Below are positions 60,275-64,000 of a stretch of 64,000 bases of DNA, one piece after another. This DNA comes from Promethearchaeota archaeon. Its GTDB lineage: Archaea > Asgardarchaeota > Lokiarchaeia > Sigyniarchaeales > SOKP01. Made by a program: the position numbers and the translations under genes. The stretch spans positions 1 through 64,000 of the forward strand of contig JAHPZE010000011.1 in assembly GCA_019058365.1 (NCBI GenBank), read 5' to 3'. The notes beneath the pieces were generated by a model. It did no database searches, had not been told where the DNA came from, and saw only the letters and a program-made list of their open reading frames with translations. Position 1 is the stretch's first letter. Each line of letters begins with the position of its first letter.

Positions 60275-61273
60275 TTGTTACATAACATCTTTTTATTCAA
60301 AGGAAATGAAATTCAAGATTTAGAAGATCTAAATATTTATTGTTATCCTAATGAAATTATTAGTTTTGATAATAAAATTCTTGTTAATAAAATTATAAAA
60401 GAACATAACAATGTAGATGTTATTCAGCAATCACCATCAAATCATTTTAAAATTGATGAGCCTATTGCTCAATTTATCGATGATTTAAACATATATACGT
60501 CCTGTGTTAATAGAAAAATTATAATTGGCTTAATTTTTGATAATGAAGATAACCCTTACGATTATAAGGATATATTTAAGGAATTATTGAACGAATTATT
60601 AAACAATGGCAATGGATATTCCTTTAATGAAGAAATTGAAGTTGAAAATTTATTAATTTCTATATTTATTGATATTCGTAGGTTTTATGATGAGGTTATT
60701 GAAAAACCTCCAGAAATTGAATATTATTATCAAAGGGACGCATTTTTCAAAGTCTTCCTCTTCGGTATTGATGAAGTTGGAAAATCTAGCTTAGTAAGAC
60801 GGTTAAAAACGGGCAAGTTTAACGATAATTTCTTTACTCCAACACGGAAATTCAATATTGAATATATACCTGCAGAAGAAAAAGGATTATTTGCTGTATG
60901 GGACATGCCGGGGCAAAAAACTTTCAGATCAAAATGGTTAAAAGGGCTTCAAGATTCTAACATTATTATTTATATGATTGATATTGCTAATCAAAGAAGA
61001 TTTGAGGAATCTAAAAAAGAGTTTTGGAATGTCATAAATAATAATGAATTAAGAGCAATCCCATTACTATTAGTATGTAATAAAACTGATTTAGTCATAA
61101 ATGCTAGGGAATCGTATAAAAAAGAATTTCACAACTTAAAGAAACAACTTTCAGAATTTTTTAATTTAAATAAAATAAAAGATCGAAGGTGGAAATTCTT
61201 ATTTACTTCAGTAAAAACCAATTATAATATCGATAATATAATTCCAGCGATTTTAACTTTGTTATCTCCCTAG
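60275..61273 (+). CDS. Arf-like small GTPase with an N-terminal alpha/beta (possibly longin-like) domain
   Basis: G1 GIDEVGKS, PT, G3 WDMPGQ..FRSKW, G4 NKTD, G5 TSVKT; N-terminal YCYP and IIGLIFD.EDNPYDY. Confidence 0.88.
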   Translation: MLHNIFLFKGNEIQDLEDLNIYCYPNEIISFDNKILVNKIIKEHNNVDVIQQSPSNHFKIDEPIAQFIDDLNIYTSCVNRKIIIGLIFDNEDNPYDYKDIFKELLNELLNNGNGYSFNEEIEVENLLISIFIDIRRFYDEVIEKPPEIEYYYQRDAFFKVFLFGIDEVGKSSLVRRLKTGKFNDNFFTPTRKFNIEYIPAEEKGLFAVWDMPGQKTFRSKWLKGLQDSNIIIYMIDIANQRRFEESKKEFWNVINNNELRAIPLLLVCNKTDLVINARESYKKEFHNLKKQLSEFFNLNKIKDRRWKFLFTSVKTNYNIDNIIPAILTLLSP

Positions 61274-61436
61274 ATTGCTAATTAAAAAGCATTATTTGAA
61301 TAAAAAATTCTTAATTCTAATAATTTTAGTGTTTTGATGAAGTAAACATTAAATTTAAATATCTCGCCGTTTAAATTTCTATTATTGAAATAAAAACTTA
61401 ATATTTCTCTTATTAACGGTTAACTCGTGATAAAGC

Positions 61437-62030
61437 ATGTCTAAAAGACTTAAAAAAGAATTACAAATTATGATTGATGAGAAAGTAGGGCAATTATTTT
61501 TTGGTGATAAAAAGAAAGATTTACGTTTACTTATGTTAAGACCTATTGATTTAATTGAATTCTCCGAATTCGCTGGTGCAAATGCAGATGACATACTTAT
61601 TTGGGTAGGGAAAACTCTTGGAAGGGCATATATGGAAAAATTCTTCTACAATAAAGATTGGAGTTCAGAAAATCTAGCAATAAAAAAAGATGTTATTCTT
61701 GGAAACCTTGAAGCGTTAGAACTTATGGGTTATGGAGGAATAACAGGAGTGTTTAAAAAAGATTATGTGTTAATTAAAGTTTCAGATTCACTAGCAAAAG
61801 AAGAATCTGATAACATTATGGCTAAAAATCTTTGTCTACTTTATCAAGGGATTTTTCTAGCATTGTTTGAGACTTTGTTAATTGATGTTAATGGCGAGGA
61901 GATCGAATGTGTTTTACTAGGACATGAAAAATGCGTGTTCAAATTTAATTTTATTGGAAAAGAATTAGATGAAAGCCTTATAGATGAGGAATCCGAAGAA
62001 ACAGTTTCAGAATTTTTATCTACCCTTTAA
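61437..62030 (+). CDS. V4R-domain (Bet3/TRAPP-fold-related) protein
   Basis: GKTLG, MGYG, C...QGIF and E.EC-x6-C.F.F pattern. Confidence 0.75.
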   Translation: MSKRLKKELQIMIDEKVGQLFFGDKKKDLRLLMLRPIDLIEFSEFAGANADDILIWVGKTLGRAYMEKFFYNKDWSSENLAIKKDVILGNLEALELMGYGGITGVFKKDYVLIKVSDSLAKEESDNIMAKNLCLLYQGIFLALFETLLIDVNGEEIECVLLGHEKCVFKFNFIGKELDESLIDEESEETVSEFLSTL

Positions 62031-62206
62031 AGTATAATTCTCTCTATTTTTTAAATTATACAACATTGAGTGAAATTTCACACTTTTTTCAATTAATATA
62101 GATTAGATTTTGAGTTTTGGAATATAATAATTAAAATAAAATCTAATATAACTCTAATTATAATTAAATATTAAAAAATCAAACTATAAATAATGTGAAT
62201 TGAAAT

Positions 62207-64000
62207 ATGGAAAAAAGAGGAGCTAGAGTCAAAATAGATGAATACAAAGGTCCTCTCGGTACAATCAAAGGATTTGAACTTACTACTGGGAAAGTATCAT
62301 ATGGAGATGAGACGGAATGGGAACCTATGGGACCAACCCCAATGCCACATATCCCTACATTACGTAATTGGTTTTTCAAACTAATGGAAAGATATCGACC
62401 TTTTTATATGCCAATCTGTGATATGTGCTGTCTCTGCACCTTTGGCAAATGTAACCTTTCTAAAGGCAGAACTGGTGCATGTGGAATAAATATGGAGACA
62501 CAACAAGCAAGAATAGTAGAAATAGCCTGTTGTATCGGAGCTAGTTGTCATTCAGCTCATGGTGATCATCTGCTTCATTGGCTAAAAGAAAAATATGGAA
62601 ATGTCCCAATTGCTTATGGTAATAATATTGAAGTTGAGATGCCTTGTACACGTTTAATTGTTGGTATGAAACCGGAAACTTTGGAAGATCTAGAGACTGC
62701 AATGGAATGGGTGCATTATACGATAACACATTTACTAGCTGCGGGACATACAGGTCAAGAATCAAGCCATTTAGATTATGAAGCTAAGGCTTTTTTAGCA
62801 GGACTAGCTGATGCTGTGGGAATGGAAATTTCTGATGCTGCACAAATTGCAGCCTATGGTTTTCCAATGGGAGAAGCTAATGTTCCACTTATTGAATTAG
62901 GAATGGGTACACTAGATACTAAAAACAAAGCAACGATTTTGATGATTGGACACAATGTAGCACCAGGTATCGAACTAGTTGATTATATGAGGGAAAAAGG
63001 TTATGACGATAAGTTAGATGTGGGAGCGATATGTTGTACGGCAATAGATTTAACAAGATATTATGATGGTGCGAAAATTGTTGGTTCACTAGCTAGACAG
63101 ATGTTTTACATTCGTTCTGGATTAGCTGATGTTGTTATGGTAGATGAACAATGCGTTAATTTACGTAGTTATGAACAAGCAAAGCTCGTAAATGCTCCGT
63201 TTATAGCGACTAATGAAAAAAATATGGGAGGTTTACCTAATAGAACAGATGACCCTCCAGAAGAAATTATTGATGATTTAGTCAGTGGAAAAGTTGATGG
63301 AGTACTAATATTAGATCCAATAAAAGCAGGAAAAGTAGCTGTTGAGACGGCTATTAAGGTAAAACCAATTAGAAAAGCTAAAAGTGCAGTTCCTGATGAA
63401 CAAGGATGTATTGATATGGCAATGAACTGCAATGGATGTGGTAACTGTCAAAGAAATTGTCCAAATGATTTACCATTAGTAGAAGGAGTAAAAAGGGTAA
63501 AAGATGGTGATTTTTCAGTATTAACTGACATTTTTGATCAATGCTTAGATTGCGGACGATGTGAATCAGATTGTATGAAAAATGTCTCACCACTTACTCT
63601 CATAATGTACGCTGGACGTGAAAAGATTAGAAATGAAAAATTTAATATGAGAGCGGGTCGTGGGCCTATTCAAGATGTAGAAATAAGAAATGTTGGAGCA
63701 CCTGTAGTCTTAGGAGAAATTCCTGGAGTCATAGCAATTATTGGTTGTGCTAATTATGCTAAAGAAATACAAGAATTATATTTAATGGCTGAAGAGTTTT
63801 GTAAAAGAAATTACATTGTGGTTGTATCTGGTTGTGGTGCTATGGATATTGGTCTTGTAAAGGATGAAGATGGTAAAACACTTTACGACAAATATCCCGG
63901 TGATTTTGATAGAGGCGGGTTAATAAATGTTGGTTCATGTGTTTCAAATCCACATATTAATGGAGCAGCCATTAAAATTGCAAATATTTTTGCAAGACGC
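62207..64000 (+). CDS. cdhA: CO dehydrogenase/acetyl-CoA synthase complex subunit alpha, runs off the window edge
   Basis: Manual translation from ATG 62207: EPMGPTPMP...CDMCCLCTFGKCNL...GACGI, HSAHG.H, IGHNV, ICCTA, two ferredoxin-type Cys motifs, RAGRGP, GSCVSN. Confidence 0.95.
   Translation, partial: MEKRGARVKIDEYKGPLGTIKGFELTTGKVSYGDETEWEPMGPTPMPHIPTLRNWFFKLMERYRPFYMPICDMCCLCTFGKCNLSKGRTGACGINMETQQARIVEIACCIGASCHSAHGDHLLHWLKEKYGNVPIAYGNNIEVEMPCTRLIVGMKPETLEDLETAMEWVHYTITHLLAAGHTGQESSHLDYEAKAFLAGLADAVGMEISDAAQIAAYGFPMGEANVPLIELGMGTLDTKNKATILMIGHNVAPGIELVDYMREKGYDDKLDVGAICCTAIDLTRYYDGAKIVGSLARQMFYIRSGLADVVMVDEQCVNLRSYEQAKLVNAPFIATNEKNMGGLPNRTDDPPEEIIDDLVSGKVDGVLILDPIKAGKVAVETAIKVKPIRKAKSAVPDEQGCIDMAMNCNGCGNCQRNCPNDLPLVEGVKRVKDGDFSVLTDIFDQCLDCGRCESDCMKNVSPLTLIMYAGREKIRNEKFNMRAGRGPIQDVEIRNVGAPVVLGEIPGVIAIIGCANYAKEIQELYLMAEEFCKRNYIVVVSGCGAMDIGLVKDEDGKTLYDKYPGDFDRGGLINVGSCVSNPHINGAAIKIANIFARR

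Noticed and set aside
62179-63593. Four short minus-strand ORFs at the window end
   Set aside because: They lie antisense to cdhA, which the track missed because it has no stop within the window.
1-64000. tRNA, rRNA, CRISPR arrays, transposases, SECIS or selenoprotein read-through
   Set aside because: None recognised by eye and no conserved gene showed an in-frame TGA; a covariance-model scan would be needed to exclude small RNAs.

Overview
AT-rich archaeal chromosomal window, most consistent with an Asgard archaeon (Lokiarchaeia-like). This rests on RadA, TFB, EndA, CdhA, an A/V-ATPase operon, two eukaryote-like small GTPases (Rag-like and Arf-like) and V4R and longin-like domains; no database search was run. 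Contents: glycogen/sugar-phosphate genes, a K+-independent H+-pyrophosphatase, a two-component system co-transcribed with a small GTPase, a gamma-glutamyl ligase/cyclotransferase/amidotransferase trio, a 2-hydroxyacyl-CoA dehydratase cluster, a full A/V-ATPase operon with an extra A subunit, trpB2, uxaE and the start of cdhA. No rRNA, tRNA, CRISPR array or transposase was recognised. Best candidates for new biology: (1) a 32-nt bulge-helix-bulge-like intron in the dehydratase-activator gene, whose removal exactly restores the MNDKCAAGTG Fe-S motif, with an EndA carrying a crenarchaeal-type broad-specificity loop in the same window; (2) a 16-codon, four-Trp leader peptide with alternative hairpins upstream of trpB2, suggesting ribosome-mediated Trp attenuation in an archaeon; (3) a histidine kinase/receiver-longin/Rag-like GTPase operon; (4) repeated non-canonical start codons (ATT/ATA/ACG); (5) a second ATPase A subunit with GEPGNE in place of GERGNE; (6) an inverted 49-bp copy of part of hppA just downstream of its own operon.
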